A program made the position numbers and the translations under genes. DNA of 44,078 nt from Candidatus Sumerlaeia bacterium (GTDB taxonomy: Bacteria > Sumerlaeota > Sumerlaeia > SLMS01): the NCBI GenBank assembly GCA_038208905.1, contig JBBQYG010000010.1, positions 1-44,078 on the forward strand, given 5' to 3'. Of this stretch, positions 17,098 to 26,925 are shown one piece after another. The first letter of the stretch is position 1; every line of letters starts with the position of its first letter. Under the pieces are notes generated by a model. The model saw only the letters and a program-made list of their open reading frames with translations, had not been told where the DNA came from and made no database searches.

Positions 17098-18474
17098 CCT
17101 CCAGAAGAACCCGACCGACCTCAGGTTGAACATCGCTCGCAGCACCTGGCGGGAGCCCCATGCATGGCTCTCGCGGATGGGGCGGATCAGCAGGATCGCG
17201 GAAACGCGGAAGAGCGCCGACGTGACGAAGAGCGTGTGGTAGGCGGACCAGGTAAAGAACTCCACGCCGCCGGAGACGAAGGTGTATTCGGCAAGCGCAT
17301 AGACGTTCATCAGTCCCGCGGAGATCAGGCCGCCGGCGAATCCGCCGAGCCCGGCGAACATCGAAAGCATCCCGATATACGCCACGCGGCGCTCCGGCGG
17401 GGCGGAGGCGAGCGACAGGTTGAAGACAGCCGGGTTCACGGCGCTCCAGCCAAGGCCGTCCACAAAGCCGCTCACGAAAACCATCGTCGGATCGCCGGGC
17501 ACCGCCAGCAGCCACGTCATTGGAAGGAACGCCCCCACCACCACCACGTTGATCGAAAGCACCGCCTTGTTTCCCACCTTGTCGGCCAGCTTTCCCCACA
17601 GGGGAGAGCACACCAGCGTGGTGACGGCGGCGATGGACTGGAAGATGGCGATCTGGGTGAAGCTCATCCCAAGGTGCCCGATATAGTACGGATACACGAA
17701 ACCCGAAGCCAGCAGCACCGCCAGTTGCCAATAGGTGGCGAACCACAAAAAGCGGCGGAAATTGCGGTCGCGCAGGGGGATCAGGACGATCTCCCGCAAT
17801 GTCAGGCGGTGCTCCATCGCGGGCGGGTCGTAGTGCTTGCCATAGAGCCAGATCCCCACCAGCGCCATCGCCACCGCCACACACAAGGTCGCCTGGTAGT
17901 TGAACGGCGCCGCAACGTGATCCAGAAAAACCCCCGCCCCCAGGCTGGCCGATAGGCCCACCATCGCGTGGATACCCCCGCGCATCCCGAAGTACCTTCC
18001 GCGGCGCTTTTCCGGCACCACCTTCCCCATCCACATTGTCCAGATGGTGCCAGCCATCGACTGAAAGATATGGGAGAACGACAGAACGATCAGCACATAG
18101 CCGGGCATTCCCTCCGGCGCCAGGCCGAGCACCGGCATCAGCGCCGGGAGCAACCAGATCGACCGGCCCACGAGCGCCAGAATCGTCACGAGGAGCGTGG
18201 GGCGCGGGTAGTTGCTGTGGATCCAAGCGGCCAGGGGGGAGAAAATTCCCGCCAGAAGCGGGACGCAGCCGATCAGCGCGAGCTGTAGCGCCGTGGCGTT
18301 GTAGTACAGCATGTAGCCCGTCAGCACCGCGCCGGTGGTCCAGTTGATGAAGACCGTGGTGAACGCGCCCTCCCACACGGAGACGCGCAGCGTGCGCTCG
18401 ATGCGCTCGTCGCGGGTCGGCTCCGCGGGGGTCGGTGGGACCTCCGCCGCGGCGAGGGCTGGCGAACGTGTCAC
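17095..18474 (-). CDS. MFS transporter
   Basis: About 12 hydrophobic segments; VPEKRRGRYFG and WGKLADKVGNK MFS motifs; GTGA overlap with the upstream gene. Confidence 0.9.
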   Translation of the reverse strand: MTRSPALAAAEVPPTPAEPTRDERIERTLRVSVWEGAFTTVFINWTTGAVLTGYMLYYNATALQLALIGCVPLLAGIFSPLAAWIHSNYPRPTLLVTILALVGRSIWLLPALMPVLGLAPEGMPGYVLIVLSFSHIFQSMAGTIWTMWMGKVVPEKRRGRYFGMRGGIHAMVGLSASLGAGVFLDHVAAPFNYQATLCVAVAMALVGIWLYGKHYDPPAMEHRLTLREIVLIPLRDRNFRRFLWFATYWQLAVLLASGFVYPYYIGHLGMSFTQIAIFQSIAAVTTLVCSPLWGKLADKVGNKAVLSINVVVVGAFLPMTWLLAVPGDPTMVFVSGFVDGLGWSAVNPAVFNLSLASAPPERRVAYIGMLSMFAGLGGFAGGLISAGLMNVYALAEYTFVSGGVEFFTWSAYHTLFVTSALFRVSAILLIRPIRESHAWGSRQVLRAMFNLRSVGFFWR

Positions 18475-19745
18475 GGGAGGAAGGGGACTCCCTCGCTGGC
18501 GCAGGCGCAGAGCACGCGATAGACGTCGCGAAGCGTTTCCTTCGGAATCTCCACCGGCTCCTTCACCCCGGCGGGGTCCAGCCCCGCCGCGCGCAGGATG
18601 CGGTCGGCAAGCGTCCCCTGGCCCGCGTCGAGAATGCCCGCCAGCGGCGTCTTCTCCCATCGCGGCAGGATGTCGTGGTTCTCGAGGATGCCGAGCCACA
18701 CGTTGCGCAGCGTCAGGTTGGAACCCGTCCGCCCGCACAGGGGAGCGAAGTAGGATTTCAGCTCCGGCCCCAGGATGCCGCGCCCGCCCTCGCGGACGGC
18801 GATGTCGAAGGCGCGCTTGAGCAGTCTCTCGTCGAATTGCTTCTGGTCCTCGAAGGACATGACGCGTTCCTCGACCAGTGCCTTCACCAGGCCAACGGTC
18901 GCGCGGACGATGGCGAGGTCGGCGGCGGCGCACTCCTGCAAGTCCAGCACCCGGATCTCGATGGCGCCGCGGCCGAATCGGGCGATGGCGCCGCGGCTGT
19001 TCAGGAATTCATCGCGCAGGATCTCGTCGGGATCGTGGGGCGCGATCTCCCGGTAGATCGGGAGAGAGATGACGCGCTCGTACTCGTCGTGTGTATAGAC
19101 ACGCTCGGGAATGATGTGGCCGGCGATGCTGGGGATCTTCTTCTGGTTTGCCTCGTAGAAGCGCAGCCGCGTGTCGGCGAATCCCGTCGCCTGGCCGTCG
19201 ATGATCGGAGAGCTGGCGGCGAGCGCGGGAAGAAGCGGCAGCACCAGCCGAATCGCCGCGTGCAGGCGGCCGAACTCCGCGTCGCCATCGAAGGGGAGGT
19301 TGATGTGCGTGCTCTGGAGGTTGGACCAGCCGTGGCCGCGGCAGTCGAAGATGCGGTGATACGCCTGATAGACGATGTCGTACTCGTGGGGCCACAGGCG
19401 CGTCTCGCGCATCGGGTCCATCCACGGGTGAGCCGCCGCCGGCATCAGGCGCGCGTTCATCGGGCGCAGGAGATTATCGATGTCCAGAATCGACTTCTGG
19501 AACTTCCCGGCCAGCGACGCAAGGTCGCTTGCGGGGCCGTTGGTCTTCAGCTCGATCACGTGCGTGACCAGCTCGTTGGACCAGGCGATCTCGCCGCGAT
19601 CCACATCGCTGACGTACTCGCCCACGGCGGCCTTGATCAGCTCGTCCGCGATCGGCTTCACGTCCAGCGTCTCGCGATCGACGATCATGTACTCCAGCTC
19701 GACGCCGTAGCCATCGAACAGGTGCAGCGGCGCGCGGTCAGGCAT
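18471..19745 (-). CDS. Glutamate--cysteine ligase family 2 (GCS2) carboxylate-amine ligase
   Basis: GVELEYMIVD, SNELVTHVIELKT, HINLPF, ASSP, IEIRVLD. Confidence 0.9.
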   Translation of the reverse strand: MPDRAPLHLFDGYGVELEYMIVDRETLDVKPIADELIKAAVGEYVSDVDRGEIAWSNELVTHVIELKTNGPASDLASLAGKFQKSILDIDNLLRPMNARLMPAAAHPWMDPMRETRLWPHEYDIVYQAYHRIFDCRGHGWSNLQSTHINLPFDGDAEFGRLHAAIRLVLPLLPALAASSPIIDGQATGFADTRLRFYEANQKKIPSIAGHIIPERVYTHDEYERVISLPIYREIAPHDPDEILRDEFLNSRGAIARFGRGAIEIRVLDLQECAAADLAIVRATVGLVKALVEERVMSFEDQKQFDERLLKRAFDIAVREGGRGILGPELKSYFAPLCGRTGSNLTLRNVWLGILENHDILPRWEKTPLAGILDAGQGTLADRILRAAGLDPAGVKEPVEIPKETLRDVYRVLCACASEGVPFLP

Positions 19746-19812
19746 CTCCAGTACTCCCTCGAAGCAGTTGCCACATACCGCCCTTACGGTCGTGGCGCCG
19801 CGGGAGCGGGGA

Positions 19813-19975
19813 AACAATCGTAGCCCCGGCATTCATGCCGGGGACCAACGGGTAAAAAATCGAACCCCGGCAGGGGTTCCACAGGACTTGATCCGGCGCC
19901 GATGTCGGACCCCTCCCGGGGTCCGGTGGCTTGGCAATTGTTATCCCCGGACTAGAGTCCGGGGCCACGATTGTT
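19813..19975. repeat. Nested palindromic REP/BIME-like element
   Basis: AACAATCGTAGCCCCGGCATTCATGCCGGGGA ... TCCCCGGACTAGAGTCCGGGGCCACGATTGTT inverted pair with internal hairpins. Confidence 0.75.
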
Positions 19976-20009
19976 GCGTCCCTGCCGGGACGACTGCGCC
20001 CGCGCTCGC

Positions 20010-21482
20010 TCATGGAATGTTCTTTTTTTCCTTCTTCTTGTCGATGCGCTCCAGGAAGACCTGCATGATCTTCTCATAGAGGTCGTCCTTCAGCACCGCG
20101 TCCTCGAATCCGTGGTCGATGCTGGGATTGTCATTCACCTCGATCACCAGCACGCGCTGGTCGATCTGCTTGAGGTCCACGCCATAGAGGCCATCGCCGA
20201 TCAGGTTGGCAACCTTCAGCGCGGCGCGCAGCACGCGGGGCGGGGCCTCCTCCACCGTCATCGTTTCCGTGCGGCCCCACGTCACGTCGCCGTCGGCCTC
20301 GGTGTGGGCGATCTTCCACTGCTTGGGCGCCATGAAGTACTTGCAGACGTAGATCGGCTCCCGGTCGATGATGCCCACGCGCCAGTCGAAATCCGTGGGC
20401 AGGAACTCCTGGGCGATCACGAGGTCGGACTTGGTGAAGAGCTCGTCGAGAATGCGGTCGAGATCGTCCTGAGTCCGCGCGCAGGAGACACCTTCGGAGA
20501 AGGAGCTATCGGGCTGCTTGAGGATGCAGGGAAGCCCGATCTGGGGGGCGATGTCGTCGCGGTTGCCCTTGTGCGCGATCAGGGTTTTTGGGTGGTCGAT
20601 GCCGTTGCGCGCGAGCAGCTCCGCAAGGAACACCTTGTTGGAGCACTTGAGGATCGACTCGGGATCGTCCATCACCACCAGGCCCTCCGCCGCGGCGCGC
20701 TGGGCGAAGCGGTAGGTGTGGTGGTGGACGTTGGTGGTTTCGCGGATGAAGAGGGCGTCGAACTCCGCCAGCCGCCCATAATCGTCCTTGTCGATCAGCT
20801 CCACGGAGAAATCCAGCGACTCCGCGGCCTTCACGAAACGCTTGATGGCCGACTCGCCGGAGGGCGGGTGCGGGTCCTCGGGGTTCACCAGGATCGCCAA
20901 GTCATAGCGGCTGTGCGTCTTGCGGGAGGACATCGGGCGCTTCTGCTCGAAGTGCTTCGATGCGAACTCGAGCACGTAGGGCCAGTGGTCCTCGGGGATT
21001 TCCTCCGCGGGGATCGGCTTGATGCTCTGGAGCAGCCATTTCTGGTTGGTGCGGACGAGCTTGGCGCGGAGTAGCGGGGCCTGGAATTGCTGGAACAGCA
21101 GGCGGCACAGCCGGTCGTAGCGTTTTGCCACGTTCTTTCCGAAGTAGATCGAAAGCGTGAACTTGTCGGAGTGGATGTGGGAGAGCGCCTGCTGGATCAG
21201 ATCGTCGAGATCCTCCGACACGAAGCGCAGGATCGTCAGGGACTTCATCTCCTGGATGGCGGAGACGCTCGGCAGGGGGCGGTGGGTGCGCGCAGAGGCC
21301 AGCAGCGAGACGTAGTAGCCGAAGCTCTGGTACTGGTAGGAGCGGCAGAGGTTGAAGACGCGGGCGCCCTTGATCTGCCCAAACTGGGGGTCCGTGAGGT
21401 AGGCGCGCGCCGAGACGACCTCGACCCCGGGGAGGTTCAGCGGCCAGTCCTTTGGATTATCGACGACGATAAGGATCGTCAT
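20010..21482 (-). CDS. RimK-family ATP-grasp ligase with N-terminal RLAN-type domain
   Basis: NLCRSYQYQSFGYYVSLLA, DALFIRETT, KQPDSSFS, DWRVG, GVDLK, IEVNDNPS. Confidence 0.92.
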   Translation of the reverse strand: MTILIVVDNPKDWPLNLPGVEVVSARAYLTDPQFGQIKGARVFNLCRSYQYQSFGYYVSLLASARTHRPLPSVSAIQEMKSLTILRFVSEDLDDLIQQALSHIHSDKFTLSIYFGKNVAKRYDRLCRLLFQQFQAPLLRAKLVRTNQKWLLQSIKPIPAEEIPEDHWPYVLEFASKHFEQKRPMSSRKTHSRYDLAILVNPEDPHPPSGESAIKRFVKAAESLDFSVELIDKDDYGRLAEFDALFIRETTNVHHHTYRFAQRAAAEGLVVMDDPESILKCSNKVFLAELLARNGIDHPKTLIAHKGNRDDIAPQIGLPCILKQPDSSFSEGVSCARTQDDLDRILDELFTKSDLVIAQEFLPTDFDWRVGIIDREPIYVCKYFMAPKQWKIAHTEADGDVTWGRTETMTVEEAPPRVLRAALKVANLIGDGLYGVDLKQIDQRVLVIEVNDNPSIDHGFEDAVLKDDLYEKIMQVFLERIDKKKEKKNIP

Positions 21483-22195
21483 TGCTTGCCTTTCTTGAGC
21501 TGCTCGATCGCGAGCAGGTTCGCATCGTAGGTCACGATCCCGAGGAGGATCGAACAGACGACGCGCTCCATCCCGATCATGTAGTGGTGGGCATCGCTGT
21601 GGGGATTCGGATACCAAGGGTCGGCCACCGCCACCTGGCGCAGTTCGCGGTTGTAGCCGTGGAGAACCACGAAGTGCCCCTGGGGCTCGCCGGCCACGTC
21701 ACTGGGTTCCTGGTTGGACATCTCGCGCGACTCGCGATAGAGGTAGGTGGAACTGAGGCCCGTCAAGAGCGGAATCCCCTTATTGAGGTAGCGGCGAATC
21801 AGCGCCGACGACAGGTCCTCGTAGCAGACCTCGCCGCCGAGCTTCAGAAACTCGATATAGCCGCGCGTCGCCGTCTGGAGCTTACGCCCATGCTTGTGCC
21901 GTGCCTGTTCCCTCAGCCGTGCGGGAAGGTCCACCGGCCGCTCCCTATCGAACCAAGTCGGGTCGAAAAGCGTCAGGTTGAAGGTGTAGATTTTCGCCGA
22001 GTATCCGCGCCGCAGCGCGTGGGTCGCCAGCATCACCGAGAGCGTGCCGCCGTCCTCCAGCATCTCGACCTCCGACACAACCCGATCAAGGGCGATGTCG
22101 TCGCCATAATAGTTGTATACCGCGTGGAGGCTGGTGGGCCCGCAGGTCGACGGCGTTGGTTGTGGCTGGATCGCCAGTTCGAGGTGTTTTTCCAC
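21479..22195 (-). CDS. C39-like papain-fold cysteine peptidase
   Basis: QPTPSTCGPTSL (Cys), GHFVVLHG (His), ADPW (Asp); ATGA overlap with the RimK gene. Confidence 0.82.
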   Translation of the reverse strand: MEKHLELAIQPQPTPSTCGPTSLHAVYNYYGDDIALDRVVSEVEMLEDGGTLSVMLATHALRRGYSAKIYTFNLTLFDPTWFDRERPVDLPARLREQARHKHGRKLQTATRGYIEFLKLGGEVCYEDLSSALIRRYLNKGIPLLTGLSSTYLYRESREMSNQEPSDVAGEPQGHFVVLHGYNRELRQVAVADPWYPNPHSDAHHYMIGMERVVCSILLGIVTYDANLLAIEQLKKGKQ

Positions 22196-22329
22196 GGTTG
22201 GGAGCCCTTACTCCCCAGACAGGGTTCATGCAGCACCGACGGGGCGGGGACTCAAGGGCATTCAAGGGAGAAATGGGGATTGGAAAAATGGGAGGACTGC
22301 AAGGTGGAGTGTGCAAGATGCCCACGCTG

Positions 22330-22986
22330 TTAGTCTTCCGGCTCGTTTCCCATGACCCGGCGGGTGGCCTTGCGGGCGGTGTCGAAGGAATAGCCCTGGC
22401 GAACGAGGTACGCGGCGGCGGCTTGGAGGCGCTTGGCGGGGTCCGCGGGTTTGGATCGGCGGTTCCAGCGGGTTAGCAAGTCGATCGCCACGGCGAGCAG
22501 CTTCGCGGGGTCTTGCATTGGCTCGATGGCGGCCTTCGCCTCCTCGCGGGAGATTCCCCTGGCGCGGAGGCGTTGCTCGATTCGGGCGGGCCCTTCGCGG
22601 CGCGCGGAGCGCTCTCTCGCATAGGTTTGAGCAAAGGCCGCGTCATCCAGATAACCCTTCGCCGCGAGGTCCGCCACGATGGCCTCGGCGACTGTTGCAG
22701 GAAAGCGACGCTTCCTAAGCGAGCGTGTCAACTCTGCGCGCCCATGGGCGCGAGTGGACAAAAGTTTCCATGCTGCCACCCGGCACCGCTCCTCGCAGTC
22801 CGCCGCCAGCATGGCTTCCCATTGGCTCATGGTGACGCGAGACCCGGAACCTAACCCAAGTCTGGCCAATACGCTGCCCTCGACCTCTGCCGGCTCGACG
22901 AAGTCGACTGCGGGCAAAACCTGAAATCGGGTGGGCTTCCTCTTCACAGGATTGAGGCGGTCGATGAGGAAGTCTTCTTCTTCCAC
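22330..22986 (-). CDS. recX: Regulatory protein RecX
   Basis: LLSTRAHGRAEL, GYLDDAAFA, GPARIEQRLRARGI, YLVRQGYS. Confidence 0.88.
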   Translation of the reverse strand: MEEEDFLIDRLNPVKRKPTRFQVLPAVDFVEPAEVEGSVLARLGLGSGSRVTMSQWEAMLAADCEERCRVAAWKLLSTRAHGRAELTRSLRKRRFPATVAEAIVADLAAKGYLDDAAFAQTYARERSARREGPARIEQRLRARGISREEAKAAIEPMQDPAKLLAVAIDLLTRWNRRSKPADPAKRLQAAAAYLVRQGYSFDTARKATRRVMGNEPED

Positions 22987-23644
22987 AGAATATTACCCCC
23001 TAGCCTATCAATAAATCGAGTAGCAACCCTGATTCCGAGTGAATCGAAACCCTCGGTTTGGGGACCGGTCTGGCGGAGAGTGTATCTCTCAAGCGGGAGT
23101 GCAGGGTCAATGGGGACAAAGATGGGGCCGGCAACGAGGCCACGAATGAGACCCTGAAGTGGAAAATTATCTTCTTTCGGCATGACAAGGTGGCGGATAA
23201 ACCAATTTTGGCATGATCTGGGTCTGGAAACTCGCCCCCCATTCGGACTGCCCACGGAATCCTGTCCGGCTTCTGTACGAATTGCCGGAAGGCTTGTCGA
23301 ATCAGCCACTTGCCTCCCGTGCATTTTTTCCTTTCATTTGATTTGACACCGCTTAGGGTTCTGTTTTGTCTGTCGGGCGCTGATCGAGAGGGAGGCTTCT
23401 GCCGGCTCGCAGTGAGAAAATATCGATGCTATCTCGAAAAGCGACACGCGTCCGCAGGGTCCCCTCGGAGGACAAAATGCGTGTGATGTAACCAGTGGCT
23501 TCATATTGGCACAAAATCCGAGAGAGGTTCATTGTCGCCAGGGGTGATTGAAGAGTGGCGACGCCCAGTTGTACGCCCGATGGCTTATACCTCCATCCCC
23601 ACAATGGCCGAACGGGCAACGAAACGAAAAGGAGCAGGACTAAC

Positions 23645-24040
23645 ATGCTAAACCGTACCGAATTGCCTCCCGTCTCTGAACTGCCGCAGGAACTGACTTG
23701 CTATCTGCTGCTGATACAGGACCTGCTGAACGAGAAGGGCTACGTCCGCGGCGTCGAGCTGGCGGAGCGCCTTCGCATGAGCCGCCCAACCGTCACCCGC
23801 GCGATGCAGCGCCTTGCCGCCTTGGGGTATGCCTTCTATGAGCGTTATCGTGGCCTGACGCTTACGCCTGCGGGCAACGCCGCCGCCACCAAGGCCCGTG
23901 GCCGTTTCGACATCATCCACGGCTTCCTCCAGAAGTCGGGCGCCAAGTTCGAGGACATGCAGCTTGAGGCGCGCCGCCTCGAGTCCTTCGCCAGCGACGA
24001 GCTGGTCGATGCTTTCCGCAAGGCCGGCAATAAGATGTAA
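23645..24040 (+). CDS. DtxR/MntR-family transcriptional regulator
   Basis: AGGAG RBS; ELAERLRMSRPTVTRAMQRL..YERYRGLTLTPAG winged helix. Confidence 0.85.
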   Translation: MLNRTELPPVSELPQELTCYLLLIQDLLNEKGYVRGVELAERLRMSRPTVTRAMQRLAALGYAFYERYRGLTLTPAGNAAATKARGRFDIIHGFLQKSGAKFEDMQLEARRLESFASDELVDAFRKAGNKM

Positions 24041-24205
24041 GGCTGTTTCGGGGAGGGCATGACTGGAACACCGCGGCGCCGGGCGCTTCTCTCCATCGGG
24101 AGAGTGCGCCCGGCGCGGTTTATTTCTACTCTCCGTTTGCCCTGCCCCGGCAGGGGCAGTTACCACCTCCGCCACTTTCACCAAGGTTAGAGTCCCAGCC
24201 CGCCC

Positions 24206-25237
24206 ATGCTAAATGTCGCCATTCTCGGAGCCTCCGGAGCCGTCGGCCAGGAACTCCTTTCCATCCTCGAGCAGCGCCAGTTCCCCCTCTCCTCGCTCAA
24301 GCTGCTGGCCTCGCCGCGCTCGGCGGGCCGCAAGGTGCCGTTTCGCGGTCGCCTGATAGAGGTCGAGGCCGTCACCGCCGATTCCTTCAAGGGCGTCCAC
24401 ATCGGCCTGTTCAGCGCCGGTGGTTCAGTCTCCGCCGAATGGGCCCCCATCGCCGCCGCCGCGGGCGTCGTGGTGGTGGACAACACCAGCCACTTCCGCA
24501 TGCACGGGGATGTTCCCCTGGTGGTGCCCGAAGTGAACGGCGACCTGGTGGACAAGCCGTCGCCGCGCGGCATCATCGCCAACCCGAACTGCTCCACGAT
24601 CCAGATGGTCCATGCGCTGAGCCCGCTGCACAAGCGCTATGGTATCCGCCGCATCGTCGTGAACACCTACCAGAGTGTCAGTGGCAAGGGCACGCGCGCC
24701 ATGGAGGAGCTGGAGCAGCAGACCGCCGCCCTCCTCGAGGGCGACACCGACATCGCCAAGGATCAGTTCCCCCACCAGATCGCCTTCAACGTGCTGCCGC
24801 ACATCGACTCCTTCACGGAGAACGGCTACACCAAGGAGGAGCTGAAGATGGTCCACGAGACGCGCAAGATCCTGCGCGCCCCCGGCATCATGGTCAGCGC
24901 CACCTGCGTCCGCGTTCCCGTGTTCCGCGGCCACAGCGAGGCCGTGAACGTCGAGTTCGAGAAGCCGGTGGATGTGGACGAAGTGCGCGCGCTTCTGGCA
25001 GCGGAGCCCAACATCGTCGTCGTTGACGATCCGATGGGCGCCCACTACCCGATCCCCGTCTACAGCGAGGGTCGCGACGAGACATTCGTGGGCCGCATCC
25101 GCAAGGACATCAGCAACGCCAACGGCACCGGGCTGGACATGTGGATCGTGAGCGACAACCTGCGCAAGGGCGCCGCCCTGAACGCCATCCAGATCGCCGA
25201 ACGCCTGCTCAAGAGCGGCGTCGTCAAGGGCGGGTGA
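24206..25237 (+). CDS. asd: Aspartate-semialdehyde dehydrogenase
   Basis: GASGAVG, DNTSHFRM, ANPNCST, CVRVPVFRGHS, DNLRKGAALNA. Confidence 0.97.
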   Translation: MLNVAILGASGAVGQELLSILEQRQFPLSSLKLLASPRSAGRKVPFRGRLIEVEAVTADSFKGVHIGLFSAGGSVSAEWAPIAAAAGVVVVDNTSHFRMHGDVPLVVPEVNGDLVDKPSPRGIIANPNCSTIQMVHALSPLHKRYGIRRIVVNTYQSVSGKGTRAMEELEQQTAALLEGDTDIAKDQFPHQIAFNVLPHIDSFTENGYTKEELKMVHETRKILRAPGIMVSATCVRVPVFRGHSEAVNVEFEKPVDVDEVRALLAAEPNIVVVDDPMGAHYPIPVYSEGRDETFVGRIRKDISNANGTGLDMWIVSDNLRKGAALNAIQIAERLLKSGVVKGG

Positions 25238-26190
25238 CACAGGGCATCGAGCCGCCTCCCGCTGGCTGGCTGAACGCCCACTGCCATCTGGAGCTGAGTT
25301 TCCTAAAGGCCCGCATCCGCCCGGGGCTTCCCTTCGTCGATTGGCTCGCCGAGGTCGTGCGCCACAAGCGCGCGGCCTCGCGCGCGCAGATCGAATCCGC
25401 CACGCGCCACGAGCTCGCCCGCGCCCGCGAATCCGGCACCACGGTCCTCCTCGACATCCTATCGCTCGACGCCACGGAGCAACCCCTCGCGGAGAGCGGC
25501 GTCCCCGGCGCCATCCTCTTCCGCGAGATCATCGCCTTCGATCCCCAACTCGCCGAATCGTCGGTCCTCGCGGCCATCACCCGCCAAACCATTCCCCATT
25601 CCCCATTCCCCATTCCCCCCCTTCCAGGACTCTCCCCCCACGCGGCGTACACCACCACGGCGCCGCTTCTGCATGCGGCGGCGCGCGAGGCCGCGCGGCT
25701 GGGGCAGTGGCTCTGCATCCACGCGGCGGAGACGCCCGAAGAGAGCGAGTTCATGGAGCACGGGCGCGGCCCCCTGCGCGACTTTCTTGCGCACTTGCTT
25801 CCCCCCGATTGGCGCGCGCCTGGCCTCTCGCCGGTCCAATGGCTGGAGGCTTGCGGGTGCCTTGGTCCGCGGACGCTACTCGTCCACTGCAACATGGTCT
25901 CCCCAGCCGACATCGCGTTGATCGCGGAGCGCGGCTGCTCGGTGGTCGTCTGCCCGGGGACGCATCGGTACTTCGGGCGCGGCGTGTTTCCGCTGGCGCG
26001 GTTAATGGAGGCCGGCATTCCCGTCTTCCTCGGCACCGATTCGCTGGCATCGAACGCGGAGCTGGACATGGGGCGGGAGGTGGAATTGGCGATTGAACTT
26101 TCGCCCGGCGTTCCGCGCGAGGCGATCCGCGCGCTGGCCGATGCCTCGCGCGCCGGATGGTTCGGGCTTCCTACGCCCTTGGCCCGGTGA
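25234..26190 (+). CDS. Metal-dependent amidohydrolase (nucleoside deaminase-like)
   Basis: NAHCHLELS, SPHAAYT, HAAET, VHC, LGTDSLASN; GTGA overlap with asd. Confidence 0.88.
   Translation: MTQGIEPPPAGWLNAHCHLELSFLKARIRPGLPFVDWLAEVVRHKRAASRAQIESATRHELARARESGTTVLLDILSLDATEQPLAESGVPGAILFREIIAFDPQLAESSVLAAITRQTIPHSPFPIPPLPGLSPHAAYTTTAPLLHAAAREAARLGQWLCIHAAETPEESEFMEHGRGPLRDFLAHLLPPDWRAPGLSPVQWLEACGCLGPRTLLVHCNMVSPADIALIAERGCSVVVCPGTHRYFGRGVFPLARLMEAGIPVFLGTDSLASNAELDMGREVELAIELSPGVPREAIRALADASRAGWFGLPTPLAR
25589..25616 (+). repeat. (CCATTCC)x4 heptamer tandem repeat inside the CDS
   Basis: Encodes IPHSPFPIP immediately before the conserved GLSPH motif. Confidence 0.85.
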
Positions 26191-26307
26191 AGGGCTGCCG
26201 CACGGCGCCGATCAATTGCGCCGCCCTCCGGAGAGGGGTGGGGTGGGTGGCCAAGTGCTCGAATCGCGCGTTGGCGAAGGCGGCGAGGTTGCCAGCGGAG
26301 AGAAAGC

Positions 26308-26922
26308 CTACCAGTTCAGCACGGCGATCATCGCAAGGCCGGCCGCAATTGGGACGGTGAAATTGTCGTCGATGTCGTCGAGCAGGGCCTCGGCCAGCGT
26401 GGCGGCGATGGCGCCGGCGATCCCCGCGCCGACGGGGAGCCCGGGCGTCATCAGGGCAATGGCGACCGCGACCAAGAGGAAGGCGAGGCTCCCCTCCACG
26501 CTCTTGCGCTTTTTACCGAACCTGATCCTGCCGAATCGCCGCCCCACCAGCGCCGCCGCGGAGTCGCAGAGGATCAGCATCGCGAACGCCGCCACCGCCA
26601 CCTCCTTGGGAAACACGGCGAACGTAATGATCGCGGAAAAGAGCATCCATGTGGAGCCGGTGAAGCTCCCGATGCCATTCCCCGCGTCCCGCTCGTGCTC
26701 GCGGATCATGAAATTAAAGTGGCGGCGGATCAGCCGGCCAATCACGCCGGGGCGAAAGCGCTCCACATCGACGATGATCGAGACGCCGAGCATCAGGCCG
26801 AGGCACAGCAGCGTGTCGATCCTCTCCAAATACCACGCCACAAGGGGGATGACCAGCGAGAGCAGGTGGATCGACTTGCGCATTGCCTCCGCGCGATAGG
26901 TGATCTGGCCGCTGGCGCCCAA
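26308..26922 (-). CDS. Phytol/dolichol kinase-like (CTP-transferase family) membrane protein
   Basis: RKSIH, DSAAALVGRRFG, KSVEGS, DDNFTVP. Confidence 0.87.
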   Translation of the reverse strand: MGASGQITYRAEAMRKSIHLLSLVIPLVAWYLERIDTLLCLGLMLGVSIIVDVERFRPGVIGRLIRRHFNFMIREHERDAGNGIGSFTGSTWMLFSAIITFAVFPKEVAVAAFAMLILCDSAAALVGRRFGRIRFGKKRKSVEGSLAFLLVAVAIALMTPGLPVGAGIAGAIAATLAEALLDDIDDNFTVPIAAGLAMIAVLNW

Positions 26923-26925
26923 GGA

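Noticed and set aside
23015-23160. Possible yybP-ykoY Mn riboswitch (GAGTAGC ... GAGACC) upstream of the MntR-like gene
   Set aside because: Internal conserved loop residues not found and about 500 bp from the gene; needs an Infernal scan
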